A program made the position numbers and the translations under genes. Of a stretch of 64,000 bases of DNA, positions 1 to 13,100 are shown piece by piece; the first letter of the stretch is position 1; the number at the start of each line of letters is the position of its first letter. The notes under the pieces were generated by a model, which saw nothing but the letters and a program-made list of their open reading frames with translations, ran no database searches and was not told the origin of the DNA. This DNA comes from Takakia lepidozioides (lineage: Eukaryota; Plantae; Bryophyta): positions 62,930,001 through 62,994,000 of the forward strand of contig CM060734.1 in assembly GCA_030704615.1 (NCBI GenBank), given 5' to 3'.

Positions 1-552
1 ACTGTGAGGGAGTCAAGTGGGCATCAATCAATAACAACATACCCACAATTATGTGAAACTTTCAAGCAGCCACCATGGGATTGGATCTTGGTGGGTTAAG
101 GATAGCTTTTGACAATATTCATGCAAGTTCGTCAAGGCCTCCATCCAAAGCCACACCACAAGAAACAAACAAACATACTGCAAATTTAAGATGCTGAACA
201 AACTTGTGCACAGGGCTGCCCCTCTAATCAAGCTCATCAAAATCCGTATTCACTTCCATCTTCAAGCTTTGGAGAAGCTCCACCACCCAAACCCAGAATT
301 AGGACAGCACTCTGATTTCCATCTACTGTCACCAAAGTCAGTCCAATATCACCCCTTCAGAAAGTGCAATTATGGGCTGACTTCCCACCTATGCCGGGTA
401 GACCCCACTATCATTTTCCATGGATATGCCACAGGAAATGCACTCAACAGTTCATCATGGTCAATACCCTCAGGAAATGTTGGAGGATCTGAGTAGCTAC
501 ACAGATCACTGAATGAAGCAAGACACTCGCATCTTTCCAAGAAAACATCCTT

Positions 553-3500
553 TCACCAGTAATCCCCACAAGAACAAATCCCATCTTCAAAGTGGTGAAA
601 GCGGTTAGCGTCCCGTACAACAATTGCTCGGCCAACAATCTTTGAGATGAATTTGGTGGAGGTGTGGCAGTCACCACACACTCGAAGATTCTTGATGAGA
701 CGGAGAGGCGTCCTGGGGTCGTGCTGATCAGCCCAAAACCAATGGCCAGCTTCTCACTGTGGTGGCAAAGAGAAAATTCCTTTTCCTCCTCCCCCACATC
801 ATGCAATACAAAGCGCGTGTCAGGCACATACCCCGCCTTTTTCATCTGCCCAGACAATCTTCTCAGCTCAGCATGGATTTCCTTAATTGGGATGCAACTT
901 GTCAGCTACAACGAAGGTGTGCACCCTGTTGCCAACCTCAATGCAGCAGCGACCTGGCTCCTTTCTAACCCCTTTGACCTTCATCATTCTTCTCACCTTT
1001 GCAGTATCATCCCACCTGCCAGCTGCAGCATAGATGTTTGAGAGCAACACATAAGTCGCGGCATCCTGTTCATCCCACATGAGGATAGATGTTGCTGCAC
1101 GTTCAGCCATCTCACATTGCCATGGATTCTGCAGGCACCAAGCAAGGCCTTCCACACCACAGCATCTGGATTGATGGGCATTTTATTAATCAGGTCCACT
1201 GCCTCATCCAGTTGTCCCGCACGTCCAAGAAGGTCCACCATGCAGCCAAAGTGCTTTACTGTCGGAGTGACACCATGATCTTGACTCAGGGAATCAAAGT
1301 AGCGTCTTCCTTCATTCAGTAGGCCAGCGTGGCTGCATGCAGAGAGAACACATATAAAGGTGATACTGTCCGGCTTCAAGCCGTTCTTTTGCATTCCTTC
1401 AAATAGTTGCACGACCTCCCTATGACAACCATGCTGTGCATATCCTGCGATCATCGCGTTCCACGACACCACATTATGTTCAGCAATATTGTCGAACACT
1501 CCCTTTGCATCCTCGATGCTCCACATTTGGCATACATGTCCACCAGGGCAGTGTTCAGGATCACATCTGGTACAATTCCAGCTCTGACGATGTCGCCATG
1601 CACCTCTTTGCCCTTTTCCAGGGCTGCCAGGCTTGCACACGCACTGCAAACGCACACAAACGTGATGTGGTCGGGCTTCACCCCTTCGCACATCATTTGC
1701 TCATACGTCTCCAAAGCCTCCATCCCGCGCCCCTGCTGTGCATACCCTGCGAGCATCGCACTCCACGACACCACATCTCGTTCAGCCATATTGTCGAACA
1801 CTCCCTTTGCATGCTCGATGCTCCCACATTTGGCATACATGTCCAACAGGGCAGTGTTCAGGATGACATTTGGTTTCCAGCTCTGACGATGTCGCCATGC
1901 ACCTCTTTGCCCTTTTCCAGGGCTGCCAGGCTTGCACACGCATTGCAAACGCACACAAACGTGATGTGGTCGGGCTTCACCCCTTCGCACATCATTTGCT
2001 CATACGTCTCCAAAGCCTCCATCCCGCGCCCCTGCTGTGCATACCTGCAAGCATCGCGTTCCACGACACCACATTTCGTTCAGCAATATTGTCGAACACT
2101 CCCTTTGCATGCTCAATGCTCCCACATTTGGCATACATGTCCACCAGGGTATTGTTCAGGATCACATCTGGTACGATTCCAGCTCTGACGATGTCGCCAT
2201 GCACCTCTTTGCCCTTTTCCAGGGCTGCCAGGCTTGCACATGCACTGCAAACGCACACAAACGTGATGTGGTCGGGCTTCACCCCTTCGCACATCATTTG
2301 CTCATACGTCTCCAAAGCCTCCATCCCGCGCCCCTGCTGTGCATACCCTGCAAGCATCGCGTTCCACGACACCACATCTCGTTCAGCATATTCGAACACT
2401 CCTTTGCATCCTCGATGCTCCCACATTTGGCATACATGTCCACCAGGGTATTGTTCAGGATCACATCTGGTACGATTCCAGCTCTGACGATGTCGCCATG
2501 CACCTCTTTGCCCTTTTCCAGGGCTGCCAGGCTTGCACACGCACTGCAAACGCACACAAACGTGATGTGGTTGGGCTTCACCCCTTCGCACATCATTTGC
2601 TCATACGTCTCCAAAGCCTCCATCCCGCGCCCCTGCTGTGCATACCCTGCGAGCATCGCACTCCACGACACCACATTTCGTTCAGCCATATTGTCGAACA
2701 CTCCCTTGGCATGCTCGATGCTCCCACATTTGGCATACATGTCCACCAGGGCAGTGTTCAGGATAACATTTGGTACAATTCCAGCTCTGACGATGTCGCC
2801 ATGCACCTCTTTGCCCTTTTCCAGGGCTGCCGCTTGCACACGCACTGCAAACGCACACAAACGTGATGTGGTTGGCTTCACCCCTTGCACATCATTTGCT
2901 CATACGTCTCCAAAGCCTCCATCCCGCGCCCCTGCTGTGCATACCTGCAAGCATCGCGTTCCACGACACCACATCTCGTTCAGCCATATTGTCAAACGCT
3001 CCCTTTGCATCCTCGATGCTCCCACATTTGGCATACATGTCCACCAGGGTATTGTTCAGGACCACATCTGGTACGATTCCAGCTCTGACGATGTCGCCAT
3101 GCACCTCTTTGCCCTTTTCCAGGGCTGCCAGGCTTGCACATGCATTGCAAACGCACACAAACGTGATGTGGTCGGGCTTCACCCCTTCCCCCCTCATTTG
3201 ATCATACGTCTCCAAAGCCTCCTCCCGCGCCCCTGTGCATACCCTGCGAGCATCGCACTCCACGACACCACATCTCGTTCAGCCATATTGTCGAACACTC
3301 CCTTTGCATGCTCGATGCTCCCACATTTGGCATACATGTCCACCAGGGCAGTGTTCAGGATGACATTTGGTACAATTCCAGCTCTGACGATGTCGCCATG
3401 CACCTCTTTGCCCTTTTCGAGGGCTGCCAGGCTTGCACACGCACTGCAAACGCGCACAAATGTGATGTGGTTGGGCTTCACCCTTCCCCCATCATTTGCT

Positions 3501-3850
3501 CATAGGTCTCCAAAGCATTCCTACCACACCCATGCTTGGTAAATCCTGCCAACATTATATTCCACGTGATCAAAGATCGTTGAGGCATTCTGTTGAACAC
3601 TTGGTGAGCATCCATGATGCTCCCGCACTTAACATACATGTTGACAAGGGTGTTGAGGAGAAAGACATTTGGCGTGAATCCACTTTGGATAATGTGAGTG
3701 TGCACCTGCTTTCAGCTTCCAGGCCTTCACCTTGATGCACTTATGCAAGAGACAGACATACGTTTCTGAATCTGCTGAAATGCCTCCTTGGTTTAAAGTC
3801 TGTAGAGCCTCTTTCAGTCTGCCTGCCTCACAAAGCATCTTCACATGCCC
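553..3850 (-). CDS. PLS-class pentatricopeptide repeat protein with E1-E2-DYW cytidine deaminase domain (organellar C-to-U RNA editing factor type); frameshifted in this sequence
   Basis: Repeated P ([15 protein letters not shown]..), L ([17 protein letters not shown]..) and S ([16 protein letters not shown]..) motifs. These are followed by P2-L2-S2 ([29 protein letters not shown]), E1 ([16 protein letters not shown]), E2 ([16 protein letters not shown]), a PG box ([10 protein letters not shown]), HSEKLA, CGDCH and the terminus [18 protein letters not shown] (stop 553-555). Many small indels split the ORF. Confidence 0.95.
1440..3500 (-). repeat. About 7 near-identical tandem ~303-bp units, each one P-L-S PPR triplet (101 aa)
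   Basis: The same block (..ccacgacaccacat..gtcgaacactccctttgcat..catttggcatacatgtccaccaggg..) recurs every ~300 bp, at about 1460, 1762, 2061, 2363, 2662, 2961 and 3260. Confidence 0.95.
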
Positions 3851-3959
3851 AGAAGTGCCAGAAGAGGCATTGTGGACTCCCTCTCTTGATCCTCTTCCAA
3901 GCTGTGGTCATGGTTGAGGTGCCTGATTTTATCAACTGTGCCACTGCAGCTGCTGCCTT

Positions 3960-5985
3960 TAGTTGACCATCTACCCATGCAGGTTTCTTGTAGCTATTGA
4001 TCCACAGAAAATCATAGGTAATCTTGTTCTTGAAATCTGGCCCTCTTGGATGAATCTGTACCACTCGACCCTGCTCCTTCAGCTATCCATGCCTCTGCAC
4101 AACTCATGCATTCATCTGCTAACAGCTGACAATGACAGCCTAGGTTTGTTCTAGGAAACACCCAACTCAGCTTATCACACTAGTTCCTATGCTCATTGCG
4201 TCTGCTACTCTCTGTAATCCAACAGGCATCAACCTTTTTGCCTCGATTGTCCCACCATGACTGGGGTCAGAAAAGTATTCTTTCCACAGCTTCTCCTCGT
4301 CTCTGTTACCTGTTTCTGGATACTTTCCTGTTGTCACATTGGCAGTATCATGTCAAAGTCACTCCAAACTATCAAAGGGTCACTCAACCAGCTAACTTGC
4401 AGAATTCAACATGAAAATTTAGGGCCGGCTCTGATAAGAGGGAAAAACAGGGTGAAATGTGTTGAAGAAGGTGCCTTCATTAGCAGTGCCTGATTTTCAA
4501 TTGTGCCTGCTGCTGCAGCTTCCAGTTGACCATCTACCCATGCAGGTTTCTTGTAGCTATTGATCCACAGGGAATCATAGGTAATCTTGTGCTTGAAATC
4601 TGGCCCTCTTGGATGAATCTGGACCCACACTCCACTCCTGCTCTTCAGCTATCCATGCCTCTGCACAAATCATGCATACATCCTTGCCTTGCTGCTAGCA
4701 GCTGACAATGACAGCCTAGGTTTGTTCTAGGAAACACCCCAACTCAGCTTATCACACTAGTTCCTATGCTCATTGCGTCTGCTACTCTCTGTAATCCAAC
4801 AGGCATCAACCTTTCTCCATCGATTGTCCCACCATTGACTGGGGTCAGAAAAGTATTCTTTCCACAGCTTCTCCTCGTCTCTGTTACCTGTTTCTGGATA
4901 CTTTCCTGTTGTCACATTGCCAGTATCATGTCAAAGTCACTCCAAACTATCAAAGGGTCACTCAACCAGCTAACTTGCAGAATTCAACATGAAAATTTAG
5001 GGCCGGTTCTGATAAGAGGAAAAAAGGGTGAAATGTGTTGAAGAAGGTTCCTTCATTAGCAGTGCCTGATGTTATCAATTGTGCCGCTGCTGCGGCGACG
5101 GCTTCCAGTTGACCATCTACCCATGCAGGTTTCTTGTAGCTATTGATCCACAGGGAATCATAGGTAATCTTGTGCTTGAAATCTAGCCCTCTTGGATGAA
5201 TCTGGACCCACACTCCATCCCTGCTACTTCAGCTATCCATGCCTCTGACAAATCGTGCATACATCCTTGCCTTGCTGCTAGCAACAGACAATGACAGCCT
5301 AGAATTCTTCCAGCAAACACCCAAACCATTATCACACTAGTTCCTATGCTGACTTGCACCTGCTTCCAACAGGCATTCACCTTTTGGTCTCCATTGTCCC
5401 ACCATTGACTGTCGTCGGAGAAGTGTTCATTCCAAAGCTTCTCCTCGTCTCCGTTAGCTGTTTTTGGATACTTTCCTGGTGCCACGTCGGCACTAACTTG
5501 TCAAATTCATTCCAAACCACCACAGATCCACTGCAACATATGGCAAATGAAAGGCTACAACTTGGATGCAGACACCATATTCAATATCGAAATTCAGAGC
5601 CGAATCTGATGAGAGCGAAAAACAGGCTGAAATAGGTCGAAGAAGAAGGTGCCCTCACCACATTGTCCTTGACCTTGTGTCATGACCCATGGAGGATTTG
5701 ACCGACCATCGACCCAAAAGGACCTCTTGTGTGTGCTGCTTGTGTCTGTAGTCAGGTAATCTCGGATTGGTCTGTGAGAACCACCACGGTGCAGATGAGC
5801 AGGCAGAGACCTGCTAAGACCAAGCTGACTCTCCCAAGAACCTTGTAAACAGCCAAGAGCCCACATTTGCAGGAGGGACAAACTTCTTCACATCGTACAT
5901 TGAGAAAAAGCCACACCTTGCGATTTCGGTTCTCCCACCATCGTGAAGGATCTTTAAAAAACTCATGCCAGCTCTGCTCCGTGCT
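3960..5985 (-). other. Four intron-split OSB-type PDF motifs (one PDY variant plus three in ~570-bp tandem duplications) upstream of and contiguous with the PPR ORF
   Basis: After removing GT..AG introns the motifs read EQSWHEFFKDPSRWWENRNRK|TNPRLPDYRHK..FWVDGRSNPPWV and EEKLW(N/K)E(H/Y)FSDxSQWWDNxxxK|IHPRG(P/L)DFK(H/N)KITYDxLWINSYKKPAWVDGQL. These match the W..F..P..WWDNR..K....PDFKHK...LW pattern of plant organellar ssDNA-binding (OSB) PDF motifs. Confidence 0.8.
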
Positions 5986-6239
5986 CCAAGGTAGAGGTTT
6001 GTGCTCGAAAATCCGACAGCATCAACATGTTGACAAGGTCCTTTACCGAGGGGTGCTAGTGAGCTTTCAACGACATTCATGCAAGTTGTTTTGGGCTCCA
6101 TTGGGCTCTACACGATGAGGAACAACGAACTACAAACTCTGCTCAAGAAACGTGTGCTTTTACGTGTTCGACCTTGGTCTATTTCGTCACTCTTGAGGAT
6201 ACTTATGAAGCTCCCAACTAAAACACTACTTTTGATCTA

Positions 6240-9200
6240 ACCAGGGCGGCTTCGGGGCTTTTTGAGTCTGACGAGCGTGGACACGATAAGTACGATGAGC
6301 GGCGTCGCCGCCAGACCTCGGCGAGGCCTGCACCGCCGCCAACTTAGTGGAGGTGTTGGCAGTAGCGACAGCGGTAGCAGCGCTAAGCGAGCAAGCGGCC
6401 GCTGTGCACCAGTGGCCCCACGCCGGTCAGGCGCCTTGATCGGCTCGCCCCCAGCTCGTTCAGCCCCGACGCCGTACAAGCAGCCAACTCCAGCCCTCAC
6501 CACAACCCCTTTAGTGCCTACTCTACCATCCTTGGCAGTTCGCTTCCCAGAGCAACGAGAGGTGTTGAACATAGCCGCAACTGCTGGAAGACCTGCTCCT
6601 CTTGGAAGACCCCAACGCCAACGTACCCCTACCCCTAGCTCACATGTTCATGATGCGTACCAGAGTCCAAGCTCCAGACACCAAGTTCAAGAAGAGTCGT
6701 CATCTTCACAACGGTCTTTTCCACCGCTAATTCCAGGTTCTTCTATTGGCGCCCCACCGACCGAAGAACTCCCACAGTGTCTGTTGAGCCCTCCCCCACT
6801 CCGCCTCTCAGGTAGGGTTCGAGGTCCCACGCCAGTCACTTCTCCTCCAGGTTCTCCATCCCATTCTCGGCAGCGGCTTCAAGGCAGCCCAACTCCTCTT
6901 GGTCATGAGCCTCTCCACATGTCTTCTTCTCCAGTTGTGCAGCCTGCATTGCCAACCCCGTCACTCTTACCCCAACAGCAGGCGCCTCTCCCATCAGACC
7001 GTACCCCATGCCCAGCTTGCGGTCGTCTGTTTGCGCACATCAGAGGGCTTGCGCGATACCAGCGCACGTGTGCGGCTCTTCATCAGTCCCACACAAATGA
7101 TACTTCTCCATTTCAGCCCAGTGTCTTGCACGCGCCACCTCCTGCCTCTGCTTGGCATTAGCTTTCAGCGCTAGATGTTCTGGGCGCATTTCAGCTAGGA
7201 CTGACAAAGCCTCGTCTTTATACAAGAATTCCGGTGGCACTACGTCATGAGGTCCAACTGGCACTCCGTCTACCCTTAGACAGGCTGGCTCGTGATCCTG
7301 ATGATATACCAGCATGGTATCTTTTTTTGTTATTTCCTTAGTGGTGTTTGGTTTTGCCCCCTCGTGGCGGTCAATCAGGGCACAGAGAGACGCGCATCCG
7401 TCTTTGCCGTTTTTTATCTGGAGATTGGGAGAGTCTGCAAAATGAGCATCAATTACGGGCACTAGCCCTTGCGGCACGCACCCCTCCCGCTTCCTCCACG
7501 CAGCCACCCTCATCGGCCCACAGGCGACTTCGTCATAGTCTCATGTTAGGCCGCGTTGGCGAGTACTCATACGCGGCCAAGGCTTTAGCACCTTCCTCAC
7601 TAGCGCCTCCATCACCGGATACTGTCACTGCCCTCGAAGCCCTTCACCCATCAGCTCAGGATATTCTGCCGCTTTTTGTTGAGAACTTCGAGCCAGACCA
7701 GGATCTCAAGCTAGATCGGGAGGTCTTCACTCAGGCCTTCACGCGCAGTCCCCATCTTGCAGTGGCGGGTCCTTCCGGTCTCCTGTATGAGCACTTACGC
7801 GACTATTTCTCTCCACAGGACTCTGCTAGTGGCTTCTCTCAGCTATTTCAGATTTACTCCTTTATTGCTGTTGGCCGTATCCCTGCCCCAGTGGCCCGTC
7901 TCTTTGGGGCCTCCAGATTGTTGGCTATGAGCAAATCCTTAGGTACTGGCATCCGCCCTATCGCAGTTGGAGAGGTTCTTTACCACCTTGTCAGCCGCTC
8001 ACTTTGTCTTTAGTTTCAAGATGCCTTCTCCGGACACCTCTTTCCGCACCAGTTCGGGGTCGCCACTCTAGGCGGTTGCAAGGCGGTGGTTCAGGGGATT
8101 CGTGCAACACTTGATCTTCATCCGGATTGGGTGGTTCTCCAGGTCGACGTCACCAACGCTTTCAACATTGTGTCACGAGCGGCTATTTTTCAGGAGCTTC
8201 GTTCAACCGGAGGAGATTTCCACCAGCTCATTATCATTCAATCCGAGGTTGGGACCCGCCAAGGCGACCCTTTATGAGGACTTTTGTTTGCCATGGCTCA
8301 TGTCCGCGCCCTCACGGCTTCTGCACAAGTTCAGTCATCTTGTCTTTTTCCATCGGTGGCAGACGACACACACATTGTAGGCCATGCCTCACAGGTACTT
8401 TCAGCTTACTATCATTTTGTCACCCAACTCTCTGCCGTGGGCCTTTCAGTGCAACCTCGCAAATGTGCGGTGTGGTCTCCGTCCGGTCTCCCTGCAGATT
8501 TTGTCCTCCCTTCTCACTTCATTGCTCCGCCCAACGGCATCAGAATCCTGGGAGTCCTTTTTGGCACCACCCAGTTCACAACGTCCTTCTTGGAAGATGC
8601 ACTCCACCAGGATGCCACCCACGCCAATCTCCTTTCTAGGCTCGGAGATGTACAGGTAGCATATGGAATCTTGACCAAATATTTCCTTCAGCGTCCCTCA
8701 TATCTCTTGCGCACTGTTCCACCCAGCCCAGATTTCCTACACCTCTTATCTGGGTTTGATACTACCATGATGACTATCTTCGGGAGATTGTTAGGACCAG
8801 GAGCTCTGGAGGGTGCTCAGGGACTTTTGCCATGACAGCAAGCCACATTGCCCGTCTCTTCCGGTGGTGTGGGTCTTTTGTTCACTGTCACTACCGCCCC
8901 GTCAGCTTTCCTCGGCAGTTGGGCATTGGTGGCGCCAGCTCTCGTTTCACAATTTCTCTGTGACCATCGTCCCATCCTTATGGACATCGTTGCACATGTC
9001 GACAGTGGCATTTTACCCTTCCAGCAGCATCTCCGCTCTGCACGAGATCTTCTTCCGGCACCGGCGCGAGCATGTCTACCACCATTTGAGCAGTTGGTTG
9101 CTTAAGGCCTCGACCATCTTCAGGAGTCCATTTCCGAGCGCGTGCACCGTCATTTCTTTTCTGGCATGCTCTCAAGTGATTCTTCTGAGTTGCATCGAGT

Positions 9201-10140
9201 CCGACTTCTATCATGCGCAGGACCCGGAGTAGGGGCATGGTTGACAACACGACCCACTATCGCACATTTTCGCCTCTCATCCCCTATTTTCACTACTGCG
9301 CTCCGCCTTCGACTCAGTTTGCCTCATCCTTCGGCATTGGGCCTTCAGCGCTGCGTCTGTCTTCAGCCCATCGATGACCTTGTCATCCATCTCCTCCGCT
9401 GTCCATGTGGTGGTGAGCGCACTGCGTCTCATGATATGGTTCGCGATGCGGTGACATCTATTGTTCGGAAGGCAGGGTATCATGTACTGTGTGAGCAACC
9501 ACATCTACGACCCACGCTCACGTCCCACTCTACACGCCGCCGTGTTGACATCGTCCTATCTAGAGATGGTTTGCGTACCTTAGCAGATGTCATTCTCGCC
9601 GATCCCACTCAAGCGGATCTGCTATCACGCGCAGCTACCACACCAGGCACGGCAGCCACTATAGCAGCCCAGGCCAAGGAGCACGACTACAGCGATCGTC
9701 ACCCCACCGACACATTTCTTCCACTGGTGGTCAAAATATTTGGCTCATTGCACTGGCACTTCGATGATTTCCTGCGGACATGTGCACATCATGCAGCCAA
9801 GAGCGGGTCCACTGGCATCCCACAGGCCTCCGTCCTTGTCGCCTACTATCGACAACGTGTTTCAGTTGCTTTGCAGAGAGCACAAGCCATCTTTATTTTG
9901 CATCGGGCTAATGTGGCTAGCTCCGTGTCATCTCGTCTTCCGCCTCTGCCTGACACTTTGCCTATCTCCTTGCCTGATCTCCTCCAGGATGTTGGCTGGG
10001 AGGGTCGCTCTGCTTGAGTAGTTTACTATAGCTTTTGTTTTCGTCGCTGATTGAGTAGCTTACTATAGCTTTTGTTTTTTTCTCTAGTTGAGTAGCTTAC
10101 TATAGCTTTTTGTTTTCTTCTCTTGTTTCTTGTTCCTCCC
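6240..10140 (+). mobile_element. Decayed non-LTR retrotransposon with RT and C-terminal restriction-like endonuclease (CRE-like clade)
   Basis: Single frame 6262-10017 broken by nonsense codons. It contains a zinc finger CPACGRLFAHIRGLARYQRTC; RT motifs IRPIAVGE, QFGV, QVDVTNAFN, GTRQGDPL and SVADD; a CCHC knuckle CVC..HLLRC; and an RLE RRVDIV..LADV..AAQAKEHDY..FLPLVV. Boundaries are approximate. Confidence 0.9.
10014..10115 (+). repeat. Three tandem copies of TTGAGTAG(C/T)TTACTATAGCTTTT plus a T-rich spacer at the LINE 3' end
   Basis: Copies at about 10014, 10051 and 10088, beginning at the ORF stop codon. Confidence 0.85.
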
Positions 10141-10144
10141 CCCC

Positions 10145-13100
10145 CTTTTTGGGAACTTCACATCATATGCACGTTCACCCATTGTACATGTTGTAAATAA
10201 AGTGATTGGGTGGACAAGGCCACTTGGTGGTGGCAGGTACTCTGTTCATCTCACGTGTATATGTAGTTCGAGAAGTCGGCACAGACTTGCAGTGGCTTTG
10301 CATGTAAATGTCAGTAATCTGATTGTCTGGTGGATATTTTAGGGCCATGTTGATAGTACTTGTTTGTTGCAGCAAATGCAAGCGGCGGAGAGGGAACTGG
10401 CCTCTCTAATCAAGGCGAAGATTTTGGCGGTGCGTCAGACGGAGGACATGAAGGGATTGCTCAGGTGGATTGAGCATTTTATGGTGGAGTACTGGAACGA
10501 GCTTTTCCACTGCGAGATGGTGGAGGGCCCATGCAGGAGCTGGGGTGTCCTAGAGCAGCCAGGGGGGATGCAGCCTACACATCGACTTGTGTACAGGTAT
10601 GACAATGTAAACCCTGTGTTGTATTTCAAGATGTGGTAGTTGGGAAGTCTGCACAGATTTCCCGACAACATGCTGACAATGGCAATAGTCTGTGCCGATT
10701 TCTGAATCTGAAATGCCTCACTTTTTCAGGTACATCAACTTCTACCCTCTGCCCAACAAACACATTCAGGGTATTCCGGCGATGGTTTCTCAGTGGGTAG
10801 GTACACGGTCTGAGTGCACCATGTACAATCGCAAGCAGATTACAGAGTACGTGCGGTCCTCCCATTTGTAGTGTTATTGGTGGTTGGACTGCCCACCGAA
10901 CTTCAACCCTGTGGAGGAGGCAGAAGCATATAAGACGCTTGCTTCAGGTGAAGAAATACCACCTCCACCCGGACAACCTGCCAGCGAGACCGCTGCGGCA
11001 GAAGCCCACAATGTCGATGTTGCTCAGCTTGAGCACACCACAGAGGCCCTTGCGGCGGAGGCAGCATCAAAAAAGGGCCGCACTAGGAAGCAGAAGCCGA
11101 AGAAGGCTCAGAGAGTCGCGAGCAACAAGCAGAGCCCAGACGGGAGAAAACAGGAAGGATGATGACAGAGACGTGCAGGTGGGGAAGGCGAATAGGTTCA
11201 ATAGCATGGCAGAACGGGGATCACGAGCATCTGGTGGAATGGACTACGGCACGTCGTGGCCCCAGCCGAGTCTGATTTTTCCGGGGGCTACTACCAGAGT
11301 ACCTAAGTCAACGGCATTGCCCATAGCCATAAAGCAATCCTTGTTTGAGGCGTTTGCAGAAATGTGTGGAATGATGCATCCATGTGTTTGAGCAGCGGCT
11401 GGCAACGAAAACTCCACCACGAAGAGGTGGCCACCGGGAAATGGTAGATGCCTTCATTGAGCACCACAAGAAGAGGAGGGAGCCTGTGTGTGGGGGGGTA
11501 TCCGAACCCTCCATGAAGGAAGGCACTGACCTCGTCATTGTGGATATCCCAGATGAGCAGATGGTTCATATTGTGGAGCAGAGGGTGTTGTGCCAGATTG
11601 AAATGTTCGGAAGCTTTCTCACATCAGCTCTGCCATATTGTTGGCAAATGCAATCACGGATGATGTGGGGCGACTCCTCATTTTCTGCAAGGGTGACGGC
11701 AAGATGGAGATGGACCTTTGACGAATAGCGAGCAATGCGCCGTTTTGTTTTGTGAAGAGGAAGTGGACCTACATGAATGCCCTCCCGCTCCTGATAGGCG
11801 ACGAGCAGCAGCCACAGGTAGCCCAAAACACCACCTCCTTGTGTCGTTCATCATGTTCCATTCCCTATCAATGTGGGAAGTCTGCACATACTTCCCAAAT
11901 TCCTAGCCCTATTCCCATTGAAGACATAAGTGCCTCCTATATGTTCCCACGTCCACTAGTGGTTTTTTCATTTAACAGTGAGTTATGCTGAGCAGTTTGA
12001 ACAACACTGCAGTCCACGTTCTGTTTTGGAAGTCGGCACAGGCTTCCCAGAACAGTATGGGAAGTCTGCACAGACTTCCAACTTAGCCCTCTGTTTTCCT
12101 GCTTAACAATATCGGACAAAGGCTGGTGCCTGGGAAGTACGAAATTGTTACCAACGCTTTCCAACATGTCACCCGTGTCCTTGTCCACCTTTCATGAATC
12201 GGCCCAGACTTACAGTTCATGTGCTGAGGCAATTGGGTTTCCTGTGCAGACTTGGGTGTTTTATGCTTTTTTGCTATTGAAGAGCCTGACATACGCCTGC
12301 GACCTTGGCCGGGATGCCAAGAAACTGGATTCCAACTTCAATCCAGTTGACACCGACATTGTGCGCAATTGTGTCACCAAAGACAGGCTGTACAGAAGAA
12401 CTGATGGGACCTGGTTCAGAGGCGCCAGAGAAAAAGCCCAATGTTCCTACAGACTTTTATGGAGATGTTGACTGACATTGGGAAAAGATTGTGGACCTCA
12501 CTGCAAACTGTGGCGCATCCATGGTGGCTGCATGGGTTTGTGGTTGCCACTTGCTGGCCTTGGAAGGCGATGGAGAGCTTGTAAGAGAGAAAATGCAGGG
12601 CCTGCAAAGTGAGATGCCTGCTACACCTAACCCCATGGCCCCAATGGACTTGACACCTGATGAGTGGTTCCGGGATTCTGGTGACCAACCTGTGCATGTC
12701 CATGTACTGGAGTGAGTAAGTTTGTTGTTCTTCTTGTTTTCTTTCTTCAAAACATGATAGTCAGCACAAATTTCTCAATTCTGATGCGCTGTCTTGCTTG
12801 CCATGGCCCGGCCAACACGTTCCCTTTGCAAGGCTCATGACCATGGTATTTTTTTCCTTCTGCAGTGATGTTCCCTCAATTTGCACAAGGAGGCTAGCTC
12901 CAACAATGCCAGTTCATCGCCGTACAGCCTCCTTAATGGCTGCACGTCAGGAGAGGGAAAATGGGAAGACACAGATTGCCGAGAAGAGGGCAGATCTTCA
13001 TCGAAAAGTAGCTGTTGTTCTCTTCACCCCACCCAAACCTATGTGTCTTCCTAACTATCCAGCAAAGATGGCAAAAAGGCTAGCTCAGCAGGAATCCCCC

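Noticed and set aside
260-340. Minus-strand VLILGLGGG resembling a SAM-binding motif
   Set aside because: Short frame bounded by stops, no further methyltransferase motifs, and it lies in the PPR 3' flank.
1407-3542. Long plus-strand ORFs (up to 501 aa) over the PPR array
   Set aside because: Antisense shadows of the repetitive minus-strand PPR frame; no independent motifs.
1440-5640. Regular repeats as a CRISPR-like array
   Set aside because: The units are 303-bp and ~570-bp coding duplications without unique spacers, in a eukaryotic context with no cas genes.
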